Positions 9,167 to 18,058 of a stretch of 64,000 bases of DNA are shown piece after piece. The stretch covers positions 79,488 to 143,487 of the forward strand of contig JBFWUM010000002.1 in NCBI GenBank assembly GCA_050247255.1. Reading direction: 5' to 3'. Every line of letters starts with the position of its first letter. Positions within the stretch are counted from its first letter, which is position 1. The position numbers and the translations under genes are program-made. The notes beneath the pieces were generated by a model. It made no database searches. It was not told the origin of the DNA and saw only the letters and a list, made by a program, of their open reading frames with translations. The DNA is from Vicinamibacterales bacterium (GTDB lineage: Bacteria > Acidobacteriota > Vicinamibacteria > Vicinamibacterales > UBA2999).

Positions 9167-10518
9167 CGGCGTCGCAACGCCGCCGCGCGCTCGATCTCCT
9201 CGACCATGATCGGCGCGGCCTCCAGATCGAGTCCGCGCGGCCGCACGAAGTCACCCAGAAAGCGCCGGGATCGCTCGGCGATGTCCGCCGCCGCCGGCGC
9301 GGTCTCGAGCTGACGCCGGTGCTCATCGAGCGAATCGGCCACCGTCACCACGCCGCCGTTCTCCGCCAGCAGGTAGTGGAAATGCAGGGTCCCCGCCTGG
9401 CCACCCGCGAACTCGCTCGTCCGGATGGTGAAGACCGGGCGGCCGACGATCGCCGCTTCGATCATTGCGCTGGTATTCAAGCCGACGGCGGCCTCGGCGT
9501 GGAAGAGCGAGTCGTACAGCCGCTGATCGGCCTGTAGCGTCAGCTTCTGGGTCCAGACTGCTACGCCGGGAAGATCGGACAGGTCGGCCGTCTCCCATTG
9601 TTCGTGGTTGGCCGGGTGGGGACGGATCAGCACGTTGCAGTCGCGCGGCCAGCTTCCCGCGGCGGCGCCGCGCAGCGCCGCGATCCACTCGCGCACGAAC
9701 GCAACCTCGTACGGGGCGATGAACGAGGAGGAGCACATGTACAGCACGACGGGACGATCCGGATCGAGCCCGGCCGCAGCGCAGAACTCCTCGCGCGTCG
9801 TCGAGGGGCGCATCGAGAAGAACGCGTCAAAGCGGGGAGCGCCGGTGATGACGATGCGTTCCGGCGGGACGCCGTGCAGGTCGATGGCCTCGGCGCGCTG
9901 GTGCCGGTTCCAGACCAGCACCCGATCGGGCAGCACGCGAATGACGCCGCGGTTCGTCAGGTTGTCCCAGCTGAAGGGCGGATAGACCACCGGGATGCCG
10001 AGCGCCACCGCACACTTCACGTAGTCGGCCTGGTAGGTCTCGAAGTCGACCAGCGGCGTGACCAACACCACGTCGGGCGCCTGGTCGCGCAGGAACCTGA
10101 GGAATCCGGGATCGCATGGGATGAGGCGCTCGGCGGCGGCCAGCACCCGCTGCGTCGTCTTCCAGTGGCGGCGCAGCCACGCGTGGCGCTCGAAGGCGCG
10201 GTTCCACGCCTTGGGCGTGTGCGCGGCCGCGCGGCCGGCCAGTTTGGCGGCGGCGGCGTATCTCGGATCGAAGTAGCGCGCACGATCGCGGACGGCCCGC
10301 ACGGTGTCGGCCGCCGCGGCCCATCGATCGCTGCGCGCGTCAGGGCAGGTGACGATGTCGATGCCCGGGTGTGCATAGGGCCCCTTGCCGGCCTTCTGCG
10401 CATCATCGCGGCCGGTCGTCGCCAGGATCACGCGGTGCCCGCGAGCCGCGAGGCCGTTGACGACACCCCGGAAGTGGCGTGTGCGGCCGAGGCTGTGGGT
10501 AAAGAACAGGATCCGCAT
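9163..10518 (-). CDS. Uncharacterised GT-B-like protein, paralog of the N-terminal domain of CDS 6438..8672
   Basis: 451 aa. MRILFFTHSLGRTRHFRGVVNGLAARGH is a GT-B style N-terminus. It shares long collinear motifs with 6438..8672. Its stop overlaps the smpB stop in CTAG (9163-9166). Confidence 0.85.
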   Translation of the reverse strand: MRILFFTHSLGRTRHFRGVVNGLAARGHRVILATTGRDDAQKAGKGPYAHPGIDIVTCPDARSDRWAAAADTVRAVRDRARYFDPRYAAAAKLAGRAAAHTPKAWNRAFERHAWLRRHWKTTQRVLAAAERLIPCDPGFLRFLRDQAPDVVLVTPLVDFETYQADYVKCAVALGIPVVYPPFSWDNLTNRGVIRVLPDRVLVWNRHQRAEAIDLHGVPPERIVITGAPRFDAFFSMRPSTTREEFCAAAGLDPDRPVVLYMCSSSFIAPYEVAFVREWIAALRGAAAGSWPRDCNVLIRPHPANHEQWETADLSDLPGVAVWTQKLTLQADQRLYDSLFHAEAAVGLNTSAMIEAAIVGRPVFTIRTSEFAGGQAGTLHFHYLLAENGGVVTVADSLDEHRRQLETAPAAADIAERSRRFLGDFVRPRGLDLEAAPIMVEEIERAAALRRR

Positions 10519-10565
10519 GCGGGAGGGCGGGATGGGATCGTATCACCGGCGATCTACCATGGGCT

Positions 10566-11861
10566 GTGCCTCGCCCGCCGCTGCGGCTGTCGCGCCGCGT
10601 CAAGAACGCCATCCGCGCGCTGCTCATCGACACGCCGCTGATGCCGCGCCGTCAGCCCCCGTCCCCGGACGGCGATGACGCCGTGCCTCGCCCCTCGACG
10701 CCGTGCCCGCCGGGGCCGATCCTCGACGTGACGGCGTGCCCGATGTGCGGCGACCAGGGGCGGACCATCGTCAACGAGTTCAACAAGCTGATCGTCCTCG
10801 ACTGGATGCCGGATGAAGCCTCGGCGCGCTACGACCACGCGATCTGCCACGGCTGCGGCATCCTGTACGCGTCCCGGCGGCCGGCGGGACCGCGCTACCA
10901 CTGGCTGTTCGAACACTTCGAGGCGGCGATCGGACGGGGCCCCAAGGACGACATCAGCAACCTGCTGGCGAGCACGCCGACGGTCACCGACGCCGAGCGC
11001 GAGGAACTGCGCCGGCGCGCGGCGCGCGGCGTGTTCGTGTCGGATCACACCCGGACGCGGCGCAGCGAATACCTGCCGATGCTGTTGTCCGACCGGCTGC
11101 AAGTGAGCGTCCACGCCGAGATCCTCGGCTCGCTGCTCACCCTGCAGGGCGCGCGCGTGCTCGAAGTGCGCTCCCGCGTCGGGTCACTCGGCGCCATCCT
11201 GAAGCGGCTGTACGACGCCGACGTGTCGACGATGGCGTTCTTCGAGCGGCAGCGCGTCGCCATCGAGGAGGTCTATGGCCTGCCGGCCCGCTCGGTCATC
11301 GACTTCGACGTGTTCACCATCCCCTACGAGGGGCGGTTCGACCTGATCACCGCGAACCACATGATCACGCACGCCGTGCGGCCGCGCGAGTTCCTGGCCA
11401 CGCTGCGCGAGCGCCTGACCCCCGGCGGGCACGTCTACTTCTACAACGAGCCCGACGATGCCGAGTACCTGACGGAAGACGGGCAGTCGATGATCCGGAG
11501 ACTGAACCCCTTCCATGTGCAGGCGTTCGACGGCCCGTCGCTGACCCGGGCGCTTGCCGCCAACGGCCTCGAGGTCGTGTTCCTGCACCGCTACCAGGGG
11601 GAGTTCGTGTGCCTGTGCCGGCTGTCGTCCGCGCCGGGGTGGCCGCGGATGCCGGCGAAGGAACGCGAGAAGCGCGTGGCCGCGCACCAGCGGGCGCGCG
11701 ATGCCGCGGTGCTGATGCTCCCGCCGCGGCCGCGGCAGCGCTTCGCCGGCGAGTGGGAGGCCATCACCGAGCGCGCATTCGCCGCCGGGATCGCGGAGAT
11801 TGGCGAGGACGGCGAGGCGCGGGTGCGGCGCCGCAGTGGTCAGCGTGCGCATCGTGAATAA
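10566..11861 (+). CDS. Class I SAM-dependent methyltransferase with N-terminal Cys4 zinc-ribbon
   Basis: CPMCG...CHGCG is followed by VLEVRSRVGSLG, FDLITANHMITH and PGGHVYF. The start is uncertain: GTG 10566, with alternatives downstream such as ATG 10641. Confidence 0.75.
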   Translation: MPRPPLRLSRRVKNAIRALLIDTPLMPRRQPPSPDGDDAVPRPSTPCPPGPILDVTACPMCGDQGRTIVNEFNKLIVLDWMPDEASARYDHAICHGCGILYASRRPAGPRYHWLFEHFEAAIGRGPKDDISNLLASTPTVTDAEREELRRRAARGVFVSDHTRTRRSEYLPMLLSDRLQVSVHAEILGSLLTLQGARVLEVRSRVGSLGAILKRLYDADVSTMAFFERQRVAIEEVYGLPARSVIDFDVFTIPYEGRFDLITANHMITHAVRPREFLATLRERLTPGGHVYFYNEPDDAEYLTEDGQSMIRRLNPFHVQAFDGPSLTRALAANGLEVVFLHRYQGEFVCLCRLSSAPGWPRMPAKEREKRVAAHQRARDAAVLMLPPRPRQRFAGEWEAITERAFAAGIAEIGEDGEARVRRRSGQRAHRE

Positions 11862-11901
11862 CGCGGCGCGTCGGATTGTGACGTAGGCTGGCGGCACCAG
11901 C

Positions 11902-13377
11902 GTGCTCTTCAACTCGCACCTGTTCCTGCTCGTGTTCCTGCCCGTGGTGTGGGGCGCGTTCTGGACGTTGCGCCGGCGGTCCCGGGCTGTCGAATGGCTC
12001 CTGCTCGGCGCCTCGTTCGTGTTCTACGCGTGGGGCGCGCCGTGGCTGGCGGCCCTCATCGGCGCGTCCATCCTCGTCAACTACACGATCGGCCGGCGGC
12101 TTGGGAGTAGTGGAGGCAGTCGCCTGGCGCTGCTTGTCGCCGGCATCACCGCCAACCTGCTGCTGCTCGGCTACTTCAAGTACGCCAACTTCCTGCTCGA
12201 CAACCTCAACGCGGTTGCCGGGACCGCGTTCGCGCCGTTGGCGGTGGCGCTGCCGCTGGGGATTTCATTCTTCACGTTTCAGCAGGTCGCCTACCTGGTT
12301 GATGTCGCCACCAGCGGCGAAAGCGAGCGGAGCCTGCGCCGTTATGCGCTGTTCGTCTCGTATTTCCCGCAGCTCGTCGCGGGACCGATCGTGCACCATC
12401 GTCAGTTCCTGCCGCAGGTTGCCGCGCGGACCTACGCCGGCGTCACGGCCAAGGACATCGGCGTCGGCCTGACGCTGGTGGCCATCGGCCTGGCCAAGAA
12501 GGTGCTGTGCGCTGACAGCGTGGCACCGATGGCGGACGCCGTGTTCCAGCAGGCGGGTGATGGCCTCGGCGCGATCGACGCCTGGATCGGGACGCTCGCC
12601 TTCACGCTGCAGATCTACTTCGATTTCTCGGGCTATGCGGACATTGCGGTCGGCCTCGGACGCCTGTTCGGCTTCCGCCTCCCGGTGAACTTCGCGTCGC
12701 CCTACCAGGCGACGTCGATCATCGACTTCTGGCGCCGCTGGCACATCACCCTCTCTGAGTTCCTGAAGTCCTACGTCTACATCCCGCTCGGCGGCAGCCG
12801 GAAGGGCTTCCCGCGCCAGATCATCAACCTGCTGGCCGTGATGCTCGTCGGCGGCCTCTGGCACGGCGCCAACTGGACGTTCGTCGCCTGGGGCGGCGCG
12901 CACGGGGTCGCGCTTGCCTGCAACCACATCTGGCGGAGGCGCTTCGCCGGCGTCGGCCGGTGGCCCGGCGCGCTCGTGGGGCGTACCGCGACGTTCGTGT
13001 TCGTGGCGTGCGCCTGGGTGCTGTTTCGCGCCGGCACCTTTGCCGAGGCATGGGACGTCTGGCGCGCCATGGCGGGCCTGACGGTGGACACCACCGGGCC
13101 GGTGGCATTCACGCTTGCCGATTCGGTGGCACTCGGCGCCTTCAACGCCGGGAGGATGTTTCCGGTGGCGCCGACTCAACTCCTGCTGCTGCTGGGCGGG
13201 TTGCTCGCCATTGTCTGGGGCCTGCCGAACGCCACCTGGCTGGCCGGGTGGGTGGAGCGGCGCCTCGACGAGCCGCGAGCCACGCTGCTGCCGGTCGCCG
13301 CGGCGGTTGGCCTGCTGCTGGCGCTGGCGACGCTCAGCATGGCCGCGCCACGCGAGTTCATCTACTTCCGATTCTGA
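11902..13377 (+). CDS. MBOAT family O-acyltransferase (AlgI/DltB-like), copy 1
   Basis: GTG start. (M)LFNSHLFLLVFLPV, multi-pass hydrophobic profile, WRRWHITLSEFLKSYVYIPLGGSRKG...GGLWHGANW is the MBOAT histidine motif region. Confidence 0.9.
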   Translation: MLFNSHLFLLVFLPVVWGAFWTLRRRSRAVEWLLLGASFVFYAWGAPWLAALIGASILVNYTIGRRLGSSGGSRLALLVAGITANLLLLGYFKYANFLLDNLNAVAGTAFAPLAVALPLGISFFTFQQVAYLVDVATSGESERSLRRYALFVSYFPQLVAGPIVHHRQFLPQVAARTYAGVTAKDIGVGLTLVAIGLAKKVLCADSVAPMADAVFQQAGDGLGAIDAWIGTLAFTLQIYFDFSGYADIAVGLGRLFGFRLPVNFASPYQATSIIDFWRRWHITLSEFLKSYVYIPLGGSRKGFPRQIINLLAVMLVGGLWHGANWTFVAWGGAHGVALACNHIWRRRFAGVGRWPGALVGRTATFVFVACAWVLFRAGTFAEAWDVWRAMAGLTVDTTGPVAFTLADSVALGAFNAGRMFPVAPTQLLLLLGGLLAIVWGLPNATWLAGWVERRLDEPRATLLPVAAAVGLLLALATLSMAAPREFIYFRF

Positions 13378-13378
13378 G

Positions 13379-14509
13379 ATGAGGCCCGCACGCTTCGCCG
13401 CCCTCGTCCTTGCCGCCGCCGCGCTCGTCGCCGGCCCGGTCGCCGGCGCGAACTGGATGCTCGATCCGTTCGGGTGGTTCGGGCGGTCAACCGCCGGGTT
13501 TTACTTCGAGAGCGAGCGGGACATCAAACGCGGGTTGGTCAGTCACCGCGAGGCGGAAGGGCTGCTCATGGGATCGAGCAAGGTCGCCGAATGGCAGCCA
13601 TCGCAGATTCGAGGGCACCGCGTGCTCAATGCCGCCTGGAGCGCGGCGGTGCCGGAAGAGATCGAGGCGTTCCTCGAGGACGTTGGTCCGCGCGTCGATT
13701 TCATCGCCCTCGGCCTCGATCTGTTCATGTTCAACGAGGGGACCTATCCGCTTGTAACCCGGTCGCCGTTCTCGACCTGGCAGCCCCAGCTGATCTCCAC
13801 GCACCTGCTCAGCGTGGAGATGCTCCAGCGCGGGCTCTGGGCGCGGGCTCGGCGGCTGGCGGGGGAACGGCCGCGGATCCTCCCCGACGGCGCGCGGAAC
13901 ACCGCTGCCGACGAAGCCGAGGACCGTTTGAAGCCGCGGTCGGATGCGGCGGTGCTGGAGCGCCTGCAGCGATCGGTGTTCGGCAACTTCACCTACGCCT
14001 CGACCCGGGTGGACCGGCTGCGGGGTGTGCGTGCCTGGTCGGAGCGGCGCTGCGTGACGCTGGTGGTCTTCCTGAACCCCATGAGCCGCCCGGTGCTCGA
14101 CCTGATCGACGAGATCGGCGTGGCGGGGGAGCTGGCGCGGTTTCGCCAGGACGTGCAGTCCGTGTTTCCCGGCGTCGTCGACCTCGTCGACGGCGAGCTG
14201 TCCGCGCCGGACAACTACTGGCGCGCGGACCCCGACCACTACTATCCGTCGATCGGCACGCGGATCTTCGACGAGCACGTGGCCCCGCGGCTCCGCCCGG
14301 CCGAGGACGGCGACGCCTGTCGTCCGTCGGGCCTGGAGCGCTGGGTTCCTATTGGAAGCAGGGCAGGCCGAGCGGCTCGTAGACGCCGGCCGGCGCCAGT
14401 CCCCGCCGCACCAGCAGCGCGAAGCTCAGGCCGCCGCCGATGTCCCTGTCGCCGGCGCTCTCGTACTCCCCGTACAGGTAGTCCGCGACGATCGGGAACT
14501 CGCGCGTGA
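13379..14509 (+). CDS. DltD/AlgJ-like periplasmic partner of the MBOAT acyltransferase (SGNH-like)
   Basis: ATG lies 1 nt after the MBOAT stop. It has an N-terminal signal/anchor (MRPARFAALVLAAAALVAGPVAG) and a GSSK serine motif. The last ~55 codons are Arg-rich low complexity, read antisense through the neighbouring gene. Confidence 0.65.
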   Translation: MRPARFAALVLAAAALVAGPVAGANWMLDPFGWFGRSTAGFYFESERDIKRGLVSHREAEGLLMGSSKVAEWQPSQIRGHRVLNAAWSAAVPEEIEAFLEDVGPRVDFIALGLDLFMFNEGTYPLVTRSPFSTWQPQLISTHLLSVEMLQRGLWARARRLAGERPRILPDGARNTAADEAEDRLKPRSDAAVLERLQRSVFGNFTYASTRVDRLRGVRAWSERRCVTLVVFLNPMSRPVLDLIDEIGVAGELARFRQDVQSVFPGVVDLVDGELSAPDNYWRADPDHYYPSIGTRIFDEHVAPRLRPAEDGDACRPSGLERWVPIGSRAGRAARRRRPAPVPAAPAARSSGRRRCPCRRRSRTPRTGSPRRSGTRA

Positions 14510-16058
14510 ACGTCTCGCGGCCGCTGCTCGGAGGCCCGATGACCACCGGCACCGACTGGCGGCGCAGGCGTTGCACCGTCACCTCCTGCTCGGCGGGCGT
14601 GTCGTAGAAGCCGCCGCGCAGGTCGAGCCTGCCGCCGGCGAAGCCGCGCTGCGCGAGGCCGTAGACCGGCGGGAAGAATGCCGTCATCAGCACGCGATCG
14701 CCGGGGGCTGTGCACGCGTTCAGGTAACGCGCCAATCCGATCTGGCCCGAGGTGTCTTCCGTCCAGTACTCGAGCGGCCACGTCTGCTGCAGCTGTCGCG
14801 TGACGATCGCCGCATCGCGTGACACGGCATCGGCTCCGTCGAGCAGCGCGCTGTTGCGGACGAGTTCTCCCGTCGGCCGCGTCAGCACTGCGGCGGTCGC
14901 GAGAACGATTACGAGCGCCGCGGTGCCGAGCACGAGGGCGCGGCGCCACGGCGGCCGGAACGCCGCGCGCAGGGTCCAGGCGGCGAGGATGGCTATCGGC
15001 ACGGCAATGTCGCCGAACCGGCCGTCGACGTTGCCGCGGACGAGGCGATAGTGGAGCACCAGCGTCAGCAGCGCCACCACCGCGATCTTGACGCGCTCCT
15101 GGCGCCAGGGCGGCGGCCGCTCGCCGCGCTGCAGCGCGAGCAGCGCCAGGCTGGCAAGCGGAATCAGCAGCAGCGCCCAGTAGAGCCACCACCTCGAGTA
15201 GTGTTCATCGAGCGCGGCAAACGGGCTTCGTTCCCACCACGCCGACTCGTCGCCGCCATCGTCCCTGAACAGGGAGGCGAACACCGGCCGCGGCGGGTTG
15301 AGCGGCGATCGATCGTAGTCGCGGGCGGAATACCGGGCGCCGGCGGCAACATGCTGAACGACGCCGCCATTCAGCTGAAGGAACACCAGGTACGGCGACA
15401 GGCACAGCAGCAGCGCCAGCGCGAAGATCGTCCCCTGTCGCAGGCGATCGGACCACCGCAACTCGCTCGCGGCCAACAGGGCCAACCCGAAGGCGCCGGC
15501 CAGGTACAGGCCGTGATCGTGCCGCAACAGGAACGCCACCGCGGTGACGCCGGCCACCAGCCAGGTGCGCCGGCTTCGCGGTGCCGACAGCCAGTGCCAG
15601 ATGACGGCGATGCCAACGGCGTAAACGAGAATCTTCGGCCAGTTGTACAGGCGCGGCCGCAGCGCGATTTCGAGCAGCGCCGCGCCGAGGCCGAGCAGGA
15701 CGGACCCGGTGGCACGCGCCGCCAGCACGCAGGTCAGGCCGACGCCGAGCGACAGGACGAGCACACAGAACACGTACTCCGACCAGACGCTGCGGCCGAG
15801 GGCCAGCTGCAGGAGCCACGAGACGACGTAGGTGAGGGGGGCCCCGGGGTCGTTGAAGTCGCGGTCCGGCAGTTCGCCGTACAGCAGCTGCCACCCCTGC
15901 ACCGCGTAGAACATGTGGTCGTCGGTGAGGCCGCCGAACGAACCTTCCGGGTCGTTGTAGCGCAGCACCCAGGCGAGCAGGAACATCGCGACCGCCGCGA
16001 GCCAGGGCAGCAGGGGGCGGAGGCGGGTAAGCGACGCGCGCATGCGGCACGCCATCAT
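14349..16058 (-). CDS. Polytopic membrane protein, GT-C-like (ArnT/PMT-style) with C-terminal soluble domain
   Basis: ATG 16058 (MMACRMRASLTRLRPLLPWLAAVAMFLLAW) lies within the 874-aa track ORF. There are about 10 hydrophobic segments and acidic motifs (TDDH, DRDFND) in the first loop. The function is a guess from architecture. Confidence 0.6.
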   Translation of the reverse strand: MMACRMRASLTRLRPLLPWLAAVAMFLLAWVLRYNDPEGSFGGLTDDHMFYAVQGWQLLYGELPDRDFNDPGAPLTYVVSWLLQLALGRSVWSEYVFCVLVLSLGVGLTCVLAARATGSVLLGLGAALLEIALRPRLYNWPKILVYAVGIAVIWHWLSAPRSRRTWLVAGVTAVAFLLRHDHGLYLAGAFGLALLAASELRWSDRLRQGTIFALALLLCLSPYLVFLQLNGGVVQHVAAGARYSARDYDRSPLNPPRPVFASLFRDDGGDESAWWERSPFAALDEHYSRWWLYWALLLIPLASLALLALQRGERPPPWRQERVKIAVVALLTLVLHYRLVRGNVDGRFGDIAVPIAILAAWTLRAAFRPPWRRALVLGTAALVIVLATAAVLTRPTGELVRNSALLDGADAVSRDAAIVTRQLQQTWPLEYWTEDTSGQIGLARYLNACTAPGDRVLMTAFFPPVYGLAQRGFAGGRLDLRGGFYDTPAEQEVTVQRLRRQSVPVVIGPPSSGRETFTREFPIVADYLYGEYESAGDRDIGGGLSFALLVRRGLAPAGVYEPLGLPCFQ

Positions 16059-16082
16059 ACCGACGAATAATAGGGACCGATC

Positions 16083-17192
16083 ATGTGGAGCGGATTCCTG
16101 CGCCGGCTCGCGATGTCGCTGCGTTTCCGGGGCGGTTTCGCGTCGGCTGCCGACAGCGCCGCCGTGCTGCGCCGCCTGGAGGCCATCGATGCGCGGCTTG
16201 ACGCATTGGGCAGCCGGCAGCAGGAGCTGCGCGCGGCCGTCGTTGAGCTGCGGAAGGCGCAGCGCCACCTGGCGACGCGCGACGATGTGAGCCGGGCGGG
16301 CCGGCTGGTCGAGGAGTCCCACCGCGACCAGGCGAAGCTGCTGGGCGCCGTGCGGCGCGACGGGCGCCGCGAGCGGCAGCAGCTCGATCGCGTCGGCAGC
16401 CAGGTCGAGGCGCTGCTCCGGCGCCTGTTCCTCGAGCCCGACGATGTGACGGGCGCGGCCCGTCTGCAGCGCCAGCGCTTCGGGGTGTTCTCGCAGAACG
16501 GGGAGGATGGCCTGATCCTGGCGCTGACGGGCGCCATCGGCCCGGGCGACCGCCGGTTCGTCGAGATCGGCTGCGCCGACCATGGCTGGAACACCGGGTT
16601 CCTCGCGGAGGAATGCGGGTGGACCGGGTTGATGGTCGACAGCGACGAGGCGGCCGTGGCGGCCACAGGGCTGCGGTTCCGCCCGGCCGCCGTGCGCGCC
16701 GTGTCCGCGTTCCTCACGCCGGACACGATGGACAGCTTCCTTCACGAGCAGGGATTTGTCGGCGAGTTCGATCTCCTGAGCATCGACGTGGACGGCAGCG
16801 ACTACTGGCTGTGGGACGCGCTGACGGTCGCCCGGCCGCGGCTGGTCATCGTTGAGTACAACGCGGTGTTCGGGGCGGAACGCGCCGTCGTGGTGCCGTA
16901 CCAAGCGGGGCGCCAGTGGGACGCGGCCGCTCGCGACCATCGCTATTACGGCGCGTCGCTGCGCGCCATGCAACGACTTGGCGTCCGGAAAGGCTACCGG
17001 CTGGTGGCCATCGAGCCGGACAGCGCCAATGCGTTATTGCTGCGCGACGACGTTGCCGGGGGCGTGCCAGCCGTTGACCCCGCCGCCGTGTTTCGGCCGC
17101 AGCGAAAGTACCGGAAGGATGAGCAGCGGCGGGCCGACGACATCTTCGCGGTCTGCGCGACGCGTCAGCTGCCCTTGATCGACGTGCCCTGA
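16083..17192 (+). CDS. Coiled-coil N-terminus + FkbM-like class I methyltransferase-fold domain protein
   Basis: 369 aa. The N-terminal ~100 aa are heptad-like (LRRLEAIDARLDALGSRQQELRAAVVELRKAQ). Then come GVFSQNGEDGLIL...RFVEIGCADHGWNTGFLAEECGWTGLMVDSD and LLSIDVDGSDYW. Confidence 0.55.
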   Translation: MWSGFLRRLAMSLRFRGGFASAADSAAVLRRLEAIDARLDALGSRQQELRAAVVELRKAQRHLATRDDVSRAGRLVEESHRDQAKLLGAVRRDGRRERQQLDRVGSQVEALLRRLFLEPDDVTGAARLQRQRFGVFSQNGEDGLILALTGAIGPGDRRFVEIGCADHGWNTGFLAEECGWTGLMVDSDEAAVAATGLRFRPAAVRAVSAFLTPDTMDSFLHEQGFVGEFDLLSIDVDGSDYWLWDALTVARPRLVIVEYNAVFGAERAVVVPYQAGRQWDAAARDHRYYGASLRAMQRLGVRKGYRLVAIEPDSANALLLRDDVAGGVPAVDPAAVFRPQRKYRKDEQRRADDIFAVCATRQLPLIDVP

Positions 17193-17884
17193 AACCTGGC
17201 GACATACTCTCCCAACCTGCCCGCGGCTTCCCGTTCGAGGTGCGGCGGCATCTTGCGGTTGGCGGGGCTCGTCGCCGCCACCGGTTCCCATTCGCCAGCA
17301 ACCGCTCGTGTGATGGCCTCGGGGAGAACCGCCAGTTGCGTCTCGTAGAGACGCTCCCCCAGATCGATCAGCGTGTCGTCGTCGTGGACGGGAACCTCCT
17401 GCTTCAGGAGCACGCGCCCGGCATCGACCCGCTCGTCGATCAGGTGCGCGGTGACCCCCGGGGGAATGCCGTTCAGAATCGACCAGAGCAGGGCGTCGAG
17501 GCCCCGGCACTCGGGAATGAGCCCGGGGTGAAGGTTGATGATGCCAATCTCGAACCGATCGATGACGGGCCGCTTCAGGATTCGCGCGCCGCCCACGATT
17601 CCAAGCTGGGGCGCGTCCTCCTGTAAGAGGCGGAGGACTTCGTCGCCGCTGTGCGGGCTGACCGTATAGGGGATGCCGAGCCTGGAGGCCACGTCGCGCG
17701 GGTGAGCAAGGTGAACCGGGCGAAGGCGCGTCCTGACCGTCGCGGCAGGGATGTTCAGCGGAATGGGGTCAGCCGCGACGACGCGGGTGACCTTGACCCC
17801 GGCGAGATACAGCCGCGTCAGGATGTCAACGGTCTTCCGGTGGGGGAAGTTGTAGCCGAGGACGACCGTGCGCGGTGTGGGCAT
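17165..17884 (-). CDS. Formyltransferase, PurN-like single-domain
   Basis: ATG 17884 (MPTPRTVVLGYNFPHRK). IINLHPGLIPECRGLDALLWSILNG and HLIDERVDAG match the Formyl_trans_N catalytic region. The track ORF start at 17947 would swallow the promoter region. Confidence 0.8.
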   Translation of the reverse strand: MPTPRTVVLGYNFPHRKTVDILTRLYLAGVKVTRVVAADPIPLNIPAATVRTRLRPVHLAHPRDVASRLGIPYTVSPHSGDEVLRLLQEDAPQLGIVGGARILKRPVIDRFEIGIINLHPGLIPECRGLDALLWSILNGIPPGVTAHLIDERVDAGRVLLKQEVPVHDDDTLIDLGERLYETQLAVLPEAITRAVAGEWEPVAATSPANRKMPPHLEREAAGRLGEYVARFQGTSIKGS

Positions 17885-17951
17885 GCGAGGAAGACGTGCG
17901 ATCTTAGCGTGTTCGCCCTGCCGTGTCGGAGCGGGCCGGGGCTCCAACCAG

Positions 17952-17980
17952 TTGACAACAAGGCCAGACCCCGCTCTAAT
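17952..17980 (+). promoter_or_regulatory. Sigma70-like promoter of the long glycan operon (-35 TTGACA, 17-nt spacer, -10 TCTAAT)
   Basis: TTGACA at 17952-17957 and TCTAAT at 17975-17980. It lies in the only sizeable intergenic region of the window (17885-18058), 79 nt upstream of the regulator start. Confidence 0.5.
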
Positions 17981-17985
17981 TGAGC

Positions 17986-18000
17986 GTTCATCACATGAAC
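17986..18000 (+). promoter_or_regulatory. Candidate operator: perfect palindrome GTTCAT-cac-ATGAAC at the predicted transcription start
   Basis: It begins 6 nt downstream of the -10 hexamer. A second inverted repeat, GGTCAC-N9-GTGACC, lies at 18024-18044 in the same leader. Confidence 0.4.
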
Positions 18001-18058
18001 AATCGGCGGTTCGCCGTCCGGCTGGTCACGCCCTCGCTGTGACCGAGAGGCACGGAGT

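Noticed and set aside
8673-9170. tmRNA (ssrA) next to smpB.
   Set aside because: smpB is flanked by coding sequence with 5 nt upstream and an overlapping stop downstream. There is no room for a ~350-nt RNA gene.
13379-14509. Calling the DltD-like gene a pseudogene because of its odd C-terminal tail.
   Set aside because: The frame is intact from ATG to the first stop and the N-terminal 320 aa look functional. The tail is more simply explained by the absence of an earlier stop. It is flagged as a finding instead.
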